Source: Octopus vulgaris
Taxonomy: Eukaryota
Length of the DNA: 64,000 bases
NCBI GenBank assembly: GCA_951406725.2
Contig: OX597820.1
Span: 33,976,001-34,040,000 of the forward strand
Reading direction: 5' to 3'
Each line of letters opens with the position of its first letter. Position 1 is the first letter of the stretch. The notes beneath the pieces were generated by a model, which worked only from the letters and a program-made list of their open reading frames with translations, was not told the origin of the DNA and did no database searches. Made by a program: the position numbers and the translations under genes. Of the stretch, positions 1 through 12,727 are shown in pieces.

Positions 1-345
1 AAAATGCTCCCCTTTGTGTTCAATACACTGCTGAGCCACACCAGCAATACATTTTTACAAACCATTTGGCACATTTCTACATTAATTTCAGAAAATTTAC
101 CAGAAATTGCTTGTTTTAATTCAGGAATTGTTTTCAATTTCAGCCTGTAAACAATGTAAACAATATCTTTCAGTAAACCCCACAAGAAAACATCAAGTCA
201 TGTTAGACCTGCTGATTGTGATGGTTACACAATTGCTCCACATTGCCCTATCCACCTTAGCTCAAAATTAAGATTCAACCAACCCCAAACACTGAAGCCA
301 TGAGGTGGCGTGCCATCTTGTTTAAAGTAAATATCATTCAATTTT
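1..345 (-). pseudogene. Decayed Tc1/mariner transposase C-terminus
   Basis: Minus strand gives QDGTPPH...IGQCGAIV*PSQSAGLT*LDVFLWGLLKDIVY...KTIPELKQAI...QCIEHKGEHF, resembling QDGAPPH / WPPRSPDLTPLDFFLWG / CI...G.HFE. Confidence 0.8.
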
Positions 346-459
346 CAACTCTCAGCCAGAATTCAGTTTGCAGCATAAAAGGCACTTCTGCTGCCCCTGT
401 ATTTCATTGAACCTTTAAACATTCTAAAATAAAGAACACCAACGCATATAATTTTTACC

Positions 460-1225
460 TTTTTCTATTACTTGTTTCAGTCATTGGACTGAGCCCAAGC
501 TGGGACACCATCTCGGAAGGTTTAGTCAAAGAAACTGACTGTACTTTTTTTTTTTTGAAGACTAGTATTTATTCTATCAGTGGTTTTTAGCAAACTGCTA
601 GGTTATGGGGATGTAAACAAACCAATTCCAATTGTCAAGCGGTGGCAGGAAACAAACAGAAACAATCACACACACACATGTACAATATTGGCTTCTTTCA
701 GTTTTTATTTACCAAAACCACTCACAATAGATGCAGGGGTGGCTGTGTGGTAAGTAGCTTGCTTACCAGCCACATGGTTCCAGGTTCATTCACACTGCAT
801 GGCACCTTGGGCAAGTGTCTTCTACTATAGCCTCGGGCCAACCAAAGCCTTGTGAGTGGATTTGGTAGACAGAAACTGAAAGAAGCCTGTCATATATATG
901 TGTGTGTGTATATGTTTGTGTGTCTGTGTTTGTCCCCACAACATTGCTTGACAACCGTAACTTAGCAGTTCGTCAAAAGAGACCGATAGAATAAGTACTA
1001 GGTTTCCAAAGAATAAGCCCTGGGGGCGATTTGCTCGACTAAAAGGTGGTGCTCCAGCATGGCCACAGTCAAGTGACTGAAACAAGTAAAAGAATAAAAG
1101 ACAAGGCTCTGTTTGATCTGGGGCTATAGTACTAGAAATTTGCCCCATGGGCAACACAGTGGCACTGAACTCAAGATCATATGCTGAGGAAGCAAGCATC
1201 TTAACAACACAGCCATGCCTGTGCA
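460..1225. mobile_element. tRNA-derived SINE family A: plus copy (about 733-1100) nested in an older minus copy
   Basis: Head tggctgtgtggtaa (A box) and ggttca (B box), internal (TA)n(TG)n, A-rich tail; the host copy is split at ctcacaa / acaaggct. Confidence 0.8.
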
Positions 1226-2064
1226 AAAATATAAAAAAGAGAAAAGTGCAATACCATCATGATCATCATCATTTAACAACCGCTATCTTCTATTCTCACA
1301 TGGGTCACACAGAATTTGTTGAAACAGATTTTCAACAGCTGAATACCCTTCCTGTTACCAACCCTCATCTCTTTCCAGACAAGTTAATATTTTCCCATAA
1401 GAAGGTGGCGAGCTGGCAGAATCATTAGCATGCTGGGCAAGATGCTTCATGGCATTTCATCTGTCTCTAAGTTCTGAGTTCAAATTCTGCTGAGATTGAC
1501 TTAAATATCTATCCAACTAACTAATCAATCATTTGTTTAACATGTTGGTTAAATAAATAATCTATTAATGAGTTGGTTAGATACTTAACATAGTTCAGTG
1601 GTTAGAGTGTCAGGCTCACAATCATGAGGTAGTGAGTTTGATTGCTGCACTGGGCTGTGTGTTGTGTTCTTGAGCAAAACACTTTATTTCACATTATTCC
1701 AATTCACTCAGCTGTAGAAATGAGTTGCAACGTCACTGGTGCCAAGCTGTACTGGCCTTTGCTTTTTCCTTTCCCTTAGATAACATCAGTGGCATGGAAA
1801 GGGAGGCTGGTATGCATGGGCGACTGCTGGTCTTCCATAAACAACCTTGCCTGGACTTGTGCCTCAGAGGGTATCTTTCTAGGTACAATCATGACTGAAA
1901 CGAGTCCTTCTTCCTTCCTTCAGATACTTAACTAACTGGCTAACAATAAAGGTGTAGAATTGAACTGCTGTATGTGTGTGTGTGAGTTACTATTATTATT
2001 TGCATAATGACTCACCCTAGACACTACAAAATACATTTATTAACATTCTGCTGATCTACTTCTC

Positions 2065-2099
<35 letters not shown>

Positions 2100-2175
2100 A
2101 AACAATATATTCATATTGTCTTTTTATCTCTTGGTTTGTCCATGTATTCATCAATAAGTCCATCCACTGATCTGT

Positions 2176-2568
2176 CTCTTTACTCTTTTACTTGTTTCAG
2201 TCATTTGACTGCGGCCATGCTGGAGCACCGCCTTTAATTGAGCAAATCGACCCCGGGACTTATTCTTTTGTAAGCCCAGTACTTATTCTATCGGTCTCTT
2301 TTGCCGAACCACTAAGTAACGGGGACATAAACACACCAGCATCGGTTGTTAAGCAATGCTAGGGGGACAAACACAGACACACACATGCATATATATATAC
2401 AATATATACGACAGGCTTCTTTCAGTTTCCGTCTACCAAATCCACTCACAAGGCTTTGGTCGGCCCGAGGCTATAGTAGAAGACACTTGCCCAAGGTGCC
2501 ACGCAGTGGGACTGAACCCGGAACCATGTGGTTGGTAAACAAGCTACTTACCACACAGCCACTCCTGC
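2176..2568 (-). mobile_element. SINE family A, full-length
   Basis: Reverse complement of the copies at 32913, 56822 and 59990; further minus copies near 7055-7830, 7960-8310, 36700-37025, 42245-42620, 43980-44335, 61870-62160. Confidence 0.88.
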
Positions 2569-2569
2569 A

Positions 2570-3120
2570 CATCCATTTTTCTATGTCTCTCTATGTGGCC
2601 ATCAGCTTTTAGTCTATCTGTCCAGTCATTTCTCTAAATGTCCATCTATTCATTCGTCGGTATGTCCATCCATACTGTCTGTATGCCTGCCCATCAATTT
2701 AGCCATTCATTTGTTTACACGTCCATCCTCTCTATGTCCACTTGTCTGTATGTCTATTTATCCAACCATATCTATAGTCCATCCATCGCTATGTCCACAT
2801 GTCTGTGTCCATCTATTTGTCACTATGTCCATCCACTTGCCTATGTCATTCTATGTCCATTTGCCAATCTGAACGTTTAACCTTCCTGCCTTTGTCCAGC
2901 TACCTGTCATTATGTCCACCCTCCTTCTTTCTATCTATATATCCATCCATCCCTTTATCCAATAACCCACTCATCCACTTCCTCCATTCATCAACTGACC
3001 ATCCAATCTATGAATCAATACATTAAATCTATCGATCTATCCATCAATCCTATCTACCGCTTCAATTACTGGTCCATCCGTTCATGACTCAGTAATACAG
3101 AGTTACCTATCTACCCATAT
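2570..3120. repeat. Degenerate (TCCA/TCTA)n repeat
   Basis: Recurrent atgtccatc / tctatc units; source of spurious ORFs. Confidence 0.8.
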
Positions 3121-3149
3121 ATTTATTCTGTCAACGTCTACCCTGGTTA

Positions 3150-3595
3150 ACCATAAAGACACACTAATGCAATACAGTAGCCGTCTTTCTTTTTCTTCAC
3201 GACACAACATACTATCGCTACATCCAAAGCCATCATGTGTCCCCCCACCCAGCTTTCCCTAAACGCGCACGGGGACGGGATAAGAATGATGTGGGGGTGA
3301 TGTAAACCCAAACATCTATCCACAACCCCACCCACTGCCCAAATCCGATTGACAGTGCGTCATGCCGCCCAACCGCGTTGTAAATGTAACATTAGACAGG
3401 CAGACAGGCTGTCTCAGTTCGCTTGTTCCTCAACACAACATCATCACCACCACCATCACCACACAGTCCGTATTCTCTTCCACTTCCTCCCACGCAGACA
3501 ATCGACCAGTGATGGAAATGGTGACGGTGGCGGTGACAGCAGACTTCGATGGATTCTGCTGGGCATTTTCTTTCATCTTCAATAGCAGCAGCCGC

Positions 3596-3628
<33 letters not shown>

Positions 3629-5780
3629 GGTGGTGATGATAGTGTTATTGGTGTTGGAAATAGTAGTAGCGTCAAATAAACACTAACAACATTGCGCTCA
3701 GACTTAAAGAACAAACCAACCTGTACGTAGTTGCGCGAGTTGCTAGAAATAGCAGTCAAATTTCCGGAAAACACGGATAATATGCGTTAAAAGACTAGAC
3801 GCACACGAGTGGAATGCCTTTGATCATAATTCTATCGATCATGGTTATTTCCAGTGGCGGTGGTGGTGGGGAAACTAATATTATTATCATCATCAGAATA
3901 CACATAGTAGTACACGAACGGAAACAGTAGCAGTTGTAGTAGTTTGTAGTGGTAAATAGTATTAAGCATGACCTCCCCAATACAACGGCGATTTAAAGAG
4001 AAACTAATCACACACAAACACACATATATATATATATCGAAGTTTCTCATGCGCGCGCGAGCGCATGTATGAGAAAGTGTGTGCAAAAGCGGAAGAAACG
4101 AGTAAGTCGAGATACGAGCAGAGTTAAGTGTTTTTCAAGGAATACACGAGCGAGTTGTAACTTTTACGAGGTGCATATACATAAATACATACATACACAT
4201 GTTTTATAAGTGTCAATAAATGAAGCCCTCGGCCCTTGATTCACTTTGTAACTTCTGCTGACTGAATAACAACAGATACACAGACATATATACATACATA
4301 GACACACACACACACACCACACACAATTAATGGGTGTGCAGAAGATGTCATTTGGTGCTGCGTGCGTGCGCGAGTTCGGGGATTTCTCGGGAGCGAAAGA
4401 GCGTAGGTGTGAAATCGTGTGGGCGTGTATTCACGTGTGTAAAGCTGAGTAGGTGCATTTCAGCATATATCTGTGTTTGTGTATCTGTTCATGTGCGTGT
4501 GGGTGTCTGCGTTGTGTATATACACACACATCTATATGTGAGCGCTTGCGTTTGTATTTATATACGGGGAATGCACGAGTGAGTACTTGCATGTACGTGC
4601 GTGCTTCGGCTGTGTGTGTTTATACACCCTACATATATACTTCAGTGCTTCCATAGCAGGTGTGCGTGATTGCGTTATATATATATATATGTATTATATG
4701 TACGCGCGTGTTTCTATGATGTGTGTGTATTGGCTGCAGACACACCCGAATAAATACAGGTACCACCAACACCACTACAATCACAACAATAGCAAACGAG
4801 AACACCTTTATGCAACCATTCTGTAGGCTAGAAATAGTAATCAGCTCTTCCTCAAAACATATCTAACTGTTTTCGGAAAAGAAGGACGCATTGAATAATG
4901 ATTATGCTTGTAGAGAGACCATGCGTTTGATCAGAGGTTTGCTTGACCAAACGCTTGACCAGGAGTTAACAACAACAAATAGTCACAAAAGAACAACATC
5001 AGTAGTAGTAGTAGTAGTAGTAGTAGCAACAACAATACGAACCCACTACGAACGAAGACGCCTATACGCAGTCACTCGACCTTGCTAAACATAACAACCC
5101 AGTTTTTCTCAAATCACACCCAACCATTTTCAGTAATGAAGGATACACCAAACAAAACAGTTCATGATATAACGACAAATCGGGTGGTCAACTCTGGAAT
5201 ATTTTTGACTATGGGTCAGCTCGGTTATAGTTGGGCTGAGGAGGGCCAAACATAATAACAACACGAACTCACAACAAAATTTAAACAACAACAACAACAA
5301 CAACAACAACGTTAGCTAAAACGAACCGTCGGCGTACATGTGAAATAGCAAAGAGTCCAGGCGAAGTTCTGGGCATCGGTGACCACATGTCGGAGGTCAG
5401 AGTCATAGGTCAACTGGTGAATACATGTAGAGAATAGCAATTTCTCTGGACACAGCACCTGACATGTGGCTCCACGATCGGCCATCAATAGTCACCGGGG
5501 AATGTGCCGGTGGCGGGGGTAGGAGGTGTAAGGGCGATGATTGGAGGAGCCGTGGAGGAGGCGACCGAGATTACTGTTACAGGGCGGTAGCGGGCGTTGG
5601 AGGAGTAGAATAATACATTCGGTGGTTGGGCGGAAAAGTGAGTTGACACAACGCGTTGTTCTTCCACTTTTTCTCTCTCTTTCTCTTTCTACCTACTCGA
5701 ACAGTGATCTCTAACTAACTATACTAATCTCTAACTGTACTATACTATAAAGTGAGACACGAAACCGCCATCCACCCTAT
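3150..5780 (-). promoter_or_regulatory. Intragenic CpG-rich island, putative internal promoter
   Basis: Visibly many CG dinucleotides (e.g. gcgcgcgcgagcgc near 4051, tgcgtgcgtgcgcgag near 4358) versus CpG-poor flanks; YY1-like CCGCCAT at 5765; NRF1-like GCGCATG near 4061. Confidence 0.55.
5338..5485 (-). CDS. Candidate alternative first coding exon (MADRGATCQVLCPEKLLFSTCIHQLTYDSDLRHVVTDAQNFAWTLCYFT)
   Basis: ATG at 5485 (ttgATGG); complex non-repetitive peptide in the CpG-rich island; possible donor cat|gtacgc in phase 1, the phase left open by exon 30877-31011. Unspliced, the ORF ends at 5312 (57 aa, below the track cutoff). Confidence 0.5.
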
Positions 5781-5813
5781 ATATATATATATAATATACT
5801 ATGTATGTGTGTG

Positions 5814-5873
<60 letters not shown>

Positions 5874-6098
5874 AGTGTATATATATATATATATGTGTAT
5901 ATATTATATATATATGTATGTATATATTATATATAATATATATATATAATACACTATATATATATATATATAATATACTATGTGTGTGTGTGAGTGTATA
6001 TATATATATATATGTATATATTATATATAATATACTATAAAAGCTCGGTGTGTGGTAAAGTAAATTATTTTACTTTACCCTATTTTTATAAAGTAATA

Positions 6099-6169
<71 letters not shown>

Positions 6170-8671
6170 TTAGAAAGCGAGAGATTAGATAGTGAGATGA
6201 TAGTTGAGACAATGAGACAGACTAAGTAGAGATAGATAGATAATTAGACAATGAGAAAGATAGATAATTAGACAGTGAGACAGATATTTAGACAGTCAGA
6301 TCATCATCATCACTTTTACTTCAGCACTTTCTTGCTTGCATGGGTTGGACAGATTTTCATTTGGCATAACTGGATTAACATTTTTCTTTTGTTACCACCA
6401 TCAGCACCATTGCCACTGTGTGTGTGTGCGTGTGTCTGTGTGTGTGTGTGTGTGTGCACGTGCGTGTGAAATAGAGAGACCCAAGGTTAGTGAATGAGAG
6501 AGGCAAAGGAATGTTTGACAAGTCAGTGATTGTAAAAGAGTATTATAGAGACAGAGAGAGAGAGGAGGAGACAGAGAGAGAGAGAGGAGGAGGAGGGAGA
6601 GAGAGAGAGGAGGAGGAGGAGAAAGAGGGAAGAGAATGCTGTGAATGCGTGTGTGTGTGTGTGTGTGTGCTTTACTGTACTATATTGCTTGTATACATGT
6701 AGGCGGAGGAGGGATGTGCCAAGAGAAAGTGCTTTTTAACTTGATTAGTTATGCATGAATGGCAAGACGAAGTGAAAGAAAGGAAGAGAGGTAAAGGTAG
6801 AAAGGATCAATTGACAGAGAGGAAAGAGATAGAGATAGAAACAAAGAAAAGGTGAAGAAGAAACAGATATACACAGAAAGAGAATGATGGAAGTGGAAGA
6901 GGAAGAAAAGGAGAGACAAAATTAAAGGAGGGAGACAGTAAAACAGAAAGAGGACCATGAGAGAAAGAGAATGAGGACACAATAAGAGAGAAATAAGGGG
7001 AAGGGAGGCAGGGAGAGAACAGTGAAAGGAGGGGGAATTGCTTCCTTCTTTCATTCATTTACTTGTTTCAGTCAGCTGACTGCAGCCATGCTGGAGCATT
7101 TCCTTGAAGGGTTTTAGTTGAACAAATCGACCCCAGGACTTATTTTTTAAAGCCTAGTACTTATTCTATTAATCTCCATTTGCCGAACTGCTAAGTTATA
7201 GAGATTTAAACACACCAACACCAGTTGTCAAGTGGGGGGGGGGGGGGACACAGACACAAAGACATAAGACACACACACATGATAGACTTCTTTCAGTTTC
7301 CCTCAACCAAATTCACTCACAAGGCTTTCGTCAGCCCGAGGCTATAGTAGAAGACACTTGCCCAAGGTGCCATACAGTGGGACTGAACTCGGTACCATGT
7401 GGTTGGGAAGCAAGCTTCTTATTTCTTTATTGCCCACAAGGGACTAAGCAAAGAGGGGACAAACAAGGACAGACAAAGGGATTAAGTCGATTAATCGACC
7501 CCAGTGCATTGACCCTGAAAAGATGAAAGTCAGAGTCGACCTCGGTGGAATTTGAACTCAGAATGTAGCAGCAGACGAAATACCTATTTCTTTACTACCC
7601 ACATGGGGTTAAACACAGAGGGGACAAATAGATTAAGTCGATTATATCAACCCCAGTGCGTAACTTGTACTAATTTAATCAACCCCGAAAGAATGAAAGG
7701 CAAAGTCGACCTCGGCGGAATTTGAACTCAGAACAAAGCGGCAGATGAAATACTGCTAAGCATTTCACCCGGCATGCTAACGTTTCTGCCAGCTCGCCAC
7801 CCTACCTTCTTACCACACAGCCATGCCTGCACCTTTAGTCTAGTTAACATTCTGTCTCAGAGAATGATACAATAGGCTCTAAATTCTAAGGTGTCCACAT
7901 ATCGGAGGGAGGGTTGCTGGTCCAAACTCTGTGAAAGGCAATGTATTCAACTCCCTATTTTTTACTTTCTATTTGTTTCACTCCTTGGATTGTGGCCATG
8001 CTGGGGCACTGCTTTAAAGAGTTTTGTCCAGGAAATCAACACCAGTGCTTATTTTTTAAATCTGCTATTGGTCTCGTTTACTGATCTGCTAATTTATGGA
8101 GTTGTAAACAAACGAACAGCGGTTGTCAAAGCATGACGGAGTACAAAAACAACACAAACAAACACAAGGGGCATCTCTGAGTTTCCATCAACTAAATTCA
8201 CTAAAAAGGCTTTGATTGGCTATAGTAGAAGACACTTGCCTAAGGTGCTTCACAGTGGGACTGAACCCTGGATGACAAAGGTGGAAAGTAAGCTTCTTAA
8301 CCACACAGTCACACCATTGTATATGTTATAATAATAATAATAATAATCCTGTCTACAAGGCCTGAAATTTGTGGCTGGGTGATAGTCAATTACATTGATC
8401 TCAGTACTTAACTGGTACTTAATTTATTGCACCCGATAGGTTGAAAGTCAAAGTCTCCCTGGTAGAAATTGAACTGAGAATGTAGTGATCCTGGTGGAAT
8501 TTGAACTGAGAATGTAGCGATGGTCAAAATACCGCGATGCAATTTGCCCAGCATGCTAACAATTCTGCCAGCTTGCTGCCTTAATAATAATAATAATAAT
8601 GATAATAATAATAATAATAGTAATAATAATAATAATAATAAGAAGAAGAAGAAAGAAATGAAAAAAAAAAT

Positions 8672-8991
8672 AATGGAGAAACTTTCAAAATACAAAGACC
8701 TGGAAATAGAGGTAAATCGAATGTGGAATCTAAAAACAGAAACAATTCCTATCATAGTAGGCGCATTAGGTATGATAAAAATATATTCAGACAAATACAT
8801 AACAAAAATACCAGGACTTACAAATATATATAACATACAGAAAATTGCACTACTGGGCACTTCACACATCCTACGCAAAACATTTTTAATACAGTAACTA
8901 AAAGAGCATCACAACAAACCACTGCACATACCCAAGGCACACAGAGTTGCGTTCGGTAGCGAAGTGAAAGCACGCTATGAAAATAAAACTA

Positions 8992-8995
<4 letters not shown>
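8672..8995 (+). mobile_element. 3' end of a restriction-like-endonuclease non-LTR retrotransposon (R4/Dong-like)
   Basis: EKLSKYKDLEIEVNRMWNLKTETIPIIVGALG...IQKIALLGTSHILRK, typical RLE C-terminus; flanked by (TAA)n. Confidence 0.82.
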
Positions 8996-8999
<4 letters not shown>

Positions 9000-9030
<31 letters not shown>

Positions 9031-10115
9031 CAATGGTTTCAAATTTTGGCACAGGTTCAGCAGTTTTTGAAGGGAGGGGAAAGTCGATTACATTGACCCC
9101 AGTACTTGATTGATGCTTACTAACTCCAAAAGGATGAAAGGCAAAGTTGATCTTGGTGGAATTTGAAATCAGAACACGAAGACAGCTGAAATGATACTAA
9201 GCATTTAGTTCAGTGTGCTAATGATATCAGCCAGCTCATCACCTTAATAATTATACAAACAATTGGTTCTGACTGAGTGGTCGTAAGTTGGCCTATTGTC
9301 CTACATAGCTTTGTTTTATATTTTTACATTCTTAAGTTAAATTCGCAAGTAAAAGTCACACACAGCATTCTGTATTATAAACAAATATGAGGTTGCCTTG
9401 ATGAGTCCGTGACAGAGGCAGGGAGAGGCTGGTTGATTACATTAACCCCACTGCTCAACAAAATACACCTGTGTGCTAACAGTTCTGCCAGCTTGCTGCC
9501 TTAGTTAATAATAATAGTGATAATAATAATGATTTCTTTTATTTCCCACCAAGGTGAAGGATGAGGGAGACAATACAAAGACAAACATAAAGTGTGCAGG
9601 GGTTACATACAATGTAAATAATAATAATAATAGTAATAATAATAATAATAATCCTTTCTACTATAGGCACAAGGCCTGAAATTTGGTGGGAGGGGACTAA
9701 TTAATAACATTGACCTTAGTGTTTTGCTGGTACTTAATTTATCGATCCGAAAAGAATGAAAGGCAAAGTTGACCTCAGTGGAATTTGAACTCAGAAAGTA
9801 AAGATGGATGAAATGCTGCTCAGCATTTTGTCCAGCATGCTAATGATTCTGCCAACTCACTGTCTTAATAATAATAATAATAATTATTATTATTTCTGCT
9901 ATAGGCACAAGGCCTAAGTTTTAGGAGGTGGTTAAGTTGGTTAAGTACTCAATTGGTACTTATTTTATTGACCCCCAAAAGGATGAAAGGCAAAGTCGAC
10001 CTCGGTGGAATTTGAACTCAGAATCTAAAGACAAAATACAGGCAAGCATTTTGCTCGGTGTGCTAATGATTCTGTGAAGCTTGCCGCCTTAATAATAGTA
10101 TAATAATAATAATAA
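9000..10115 (-). mobile_element. Array of SINE family B copies separated by (AAT)n
   Basis: Repeated unit aggcacaaggcctgaaattt...gaaaggatgaaaggcaaagtcgacctcggtggaatttgaactcagaa...gctaatgattctgccagctcgcc; other copies at 7420-7802, 8345-8580, 60390-60600. Confidence 0.85.
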
Positions 10116-10828
10116 TCTTCAAATAGCTGTGACCAAGCTGTGTCTCTTCATGCCATGCCAGATATTTCTGACCCACCCCAATGAGCTTTGATAGGCCCTC
10201 AATTTCATGTGGTACCTTTGCCAGTATCACCAGTGTAGTTGAGTGGTCTTTATCTTCTACAAGGGTGCAGAAGACCCCAAAATATAACATCAATATGTGC
10301 ATGTGTGTATTTTTTTTATTATTGAAACTGAAACAGGGAATTTCTGTTGTGAGTCGAGTTTCATGCCACCATGAACTTCAAGAAGCAAGAATGCCTGAAG
10401 ATTGTAGTGGCATGAAACTCAAGTTGTGAGACAAACTCTCGTTGCCAGTTTCAATAAAAAACAAACAAATATTCTTTACAACATGGATCAAGCACTCCTC
10501 TCTCATTTGTCTAACATAAACAATGTACGCACACAAGTGTATCCATACATGCGTGTGTATGTGTGTGTGTGTTCAGGCATAGACTCTAATTAATTGAGGT
10601 TTGTTAGCAAGATATAAGAAATATCATGTGATTCACAACAGATTAAACATCTCATCTCCTCTCACCTAACAAACTAGTATATCTCAATCTTGTATTTACT
10701 AACAACCTGACTTAGGCTGATACAGATCATCTCTAATCTCCCTAAATTCCAGTGATTATATTTTATAATTATCTCTCTCTGGTTTCTCTCATATCTACAC
10801 GCACACATGTAAAGTAAATGTGTGTGTG

Positions 10829-10904
<76 letters not shown>

Positions 10905-10907
<3 letters not shown>

Positions 10908-11210
10908 AGGCACAATGGCCCAGTGGTTAGGACAGAGGACTCGTGGTCATAGGATTGCAGTTTCGATTCCAGACTGGGCATTGTGAGTGTTTATTGAGCG
11001 AAAACACCTAAAGCTCCACAAGGATTTGGCAGGGGATGGTGGCGATCCCTGCTGTACTCTTTTGCCACAACTTTCTCTCTTTCTTCTGTTGGCCTGCTCG
11101 CTTAGCCAGTGGGGTGGTATCATTTGAAGGCTAAAAAAAACAATGTGAAGCGCATTGGGACCAGCGATGTGTAGCAACATCTGATAGCCTGGTCAGTCAC
11201 GGTAGTCATG
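10905..11210 (+). mobile_element. tRNA-derived SINE family C (variant 1)
   Basis: ggaggcacaatggcccagtggttagg (A box)...gtttcgattcc (B box); head shared with the 57488 copy; directly follows (TG)n. Confidence 0.8.
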
Positions 11211-11769
11211 GTGATATATATATATATATATATATATATTGATGCATTGTGGCTGAATGGCTTGGAAGTTTGCTTTGCAGTCACCAGGTTCCAGGTTCAA
11301 TCCCACTGTATGGCATCTTGGGTAAATGTTATTTTCGATAGCTTTGGGTCAACCCTTACCTTATGTGCAAAATTGGGTAGATGGAAAACTATATAAAAGC
11401 CTGTAAGATGTATTATGCCTGTAATTCAAAGGTTCAGCCTTGTCAGACATTGTGTCATACCAATTCTGCAAGAGAATCACATTAAGAGTACACATGCCTG
11501 TGGAATACTCAGCCACATACAAGCCTATTAAATGAATAGGTAGTTCAGTAACTGAATAAATAAGCAAATATTCAGTGCCACAAAGAAAAAATAAAAAAAA
11601 TGAGAAAGTATCCTGTACACTCTGTAAAGTGGTTGGTGTTAGGAAGGGTATCCAATTGTAAAAAAAAAACCCCTGTCAAAGCAGGCACTGGAGCTCAATG
11701 CAGTCCTCTGGCTTGTTACATCCTTGTAAAGCTGTCTGACCCATGTCAACATGGAAGTCAGATGTTAAA

Positions 11770-11968
11770 TGATGATTATGGTGATGTCGATGAGGACAAT
11801 GGTGATGATGATGATGGTGGTGATGATGATGGTGGCGATGGTGGTGGTGGCGATGATGATGGTGGTGATGATGGTGGTGATGATGATGGTGGTGATGATG
11901 GTGGTGGTGGTGGTGATGATGGTGGTGGCGGTGATGGTGGTGGTGGTGGTGATGATGGTGGTAGTGAT
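11770..11968. repeat. Compound (GAT)n/(GGT)n microsatellite
   Basis: Direct inspection; similar tracts at 16378-16500 (ACT/ACC) and 62960-63352. Confidence 0.9.
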
Positions 11969-12674
11969 ACTGGTTTCTGTTTATTTACTGTTTTCCCATG
12001 CTAGCATGGCTTGAACAGGAATTGATTTTTTAAGGAAAATATTTTATGGCTGGATGCTCCTCCTGTCACCAACCTTCAACAATATTTTTCTTTTGTTTTT
12101 CAAACAAGTTTACATATTTCACAGGTCTTCAAAATCTCAGAGTAACTGACCTTAATGTTAACAACATTACCACTTGGCTCAAATGTTGATAAAAGAAATA
12201 TCAGCATTCAGGCAAAATTATACACACATCATGTGTTTAATACAATTATTATTATTTTTTTTTTGTCTTCCAAATTCACTCACAATGCATTGGTTAGCTT
12301 GGGAGAATAGTAAAAGACACTTGCACAATAGGACTGAACCTAAAACCACATGGCTGGGAAGGGAACTTCTTAAGCACACAGCCATACCAGTATCTACAAC
12401 ACACACACACACACACACAAATACTGGCTCATTAGATGGTAAAAGTAAATGATTTTTCTGTTGAGAGAACATAAGAAAATAAAGTCAAATATTACAAGAT
12501 TAGAAAAAAAACGAACCTGGCCAGAAAAGACAAAGTTTACCATTTTTTTTATCATTACCTTCAATTACTGTCTAATGGCCAATTAGGGAAAAGAAGGGAG
12601 AGAGAGGCAGGAAGGGAGGAAGAGAGAGAGAGACAGAGAGAGAGATGGACAGGTAGATATGGATATGGAGCAGC

Positions 12675-12727
<53 letters not shown>

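Noticed and set aside
2346-2612. Recurrent ORF RASFSFRLPNPLTRLWSARGYSRRHLPKVPRSGTEPGTMW (also 32854, 44142, 59959)
   Set aside because: Antisense translation of SINE family A, not a gene family
6054-6079. 11-bp-stem hairpin ggtaaagtaaa-ttat-tttactttacc upstream of the CpG island
   Set aside because: Short, AT-rich and inside a TA microsatellite block; no evidence of function
10905-10980. Possible tRNA gene
   Set aside because: A/B boxes belong to a SINE head that continues into repeat body; no convincing cloverleaf
11600-12014. Asp/Gly- and Met/Val-rich ORFs
   Set aside because: Translations of a (GAT)/(GGT) microsatellite following a SINE tail
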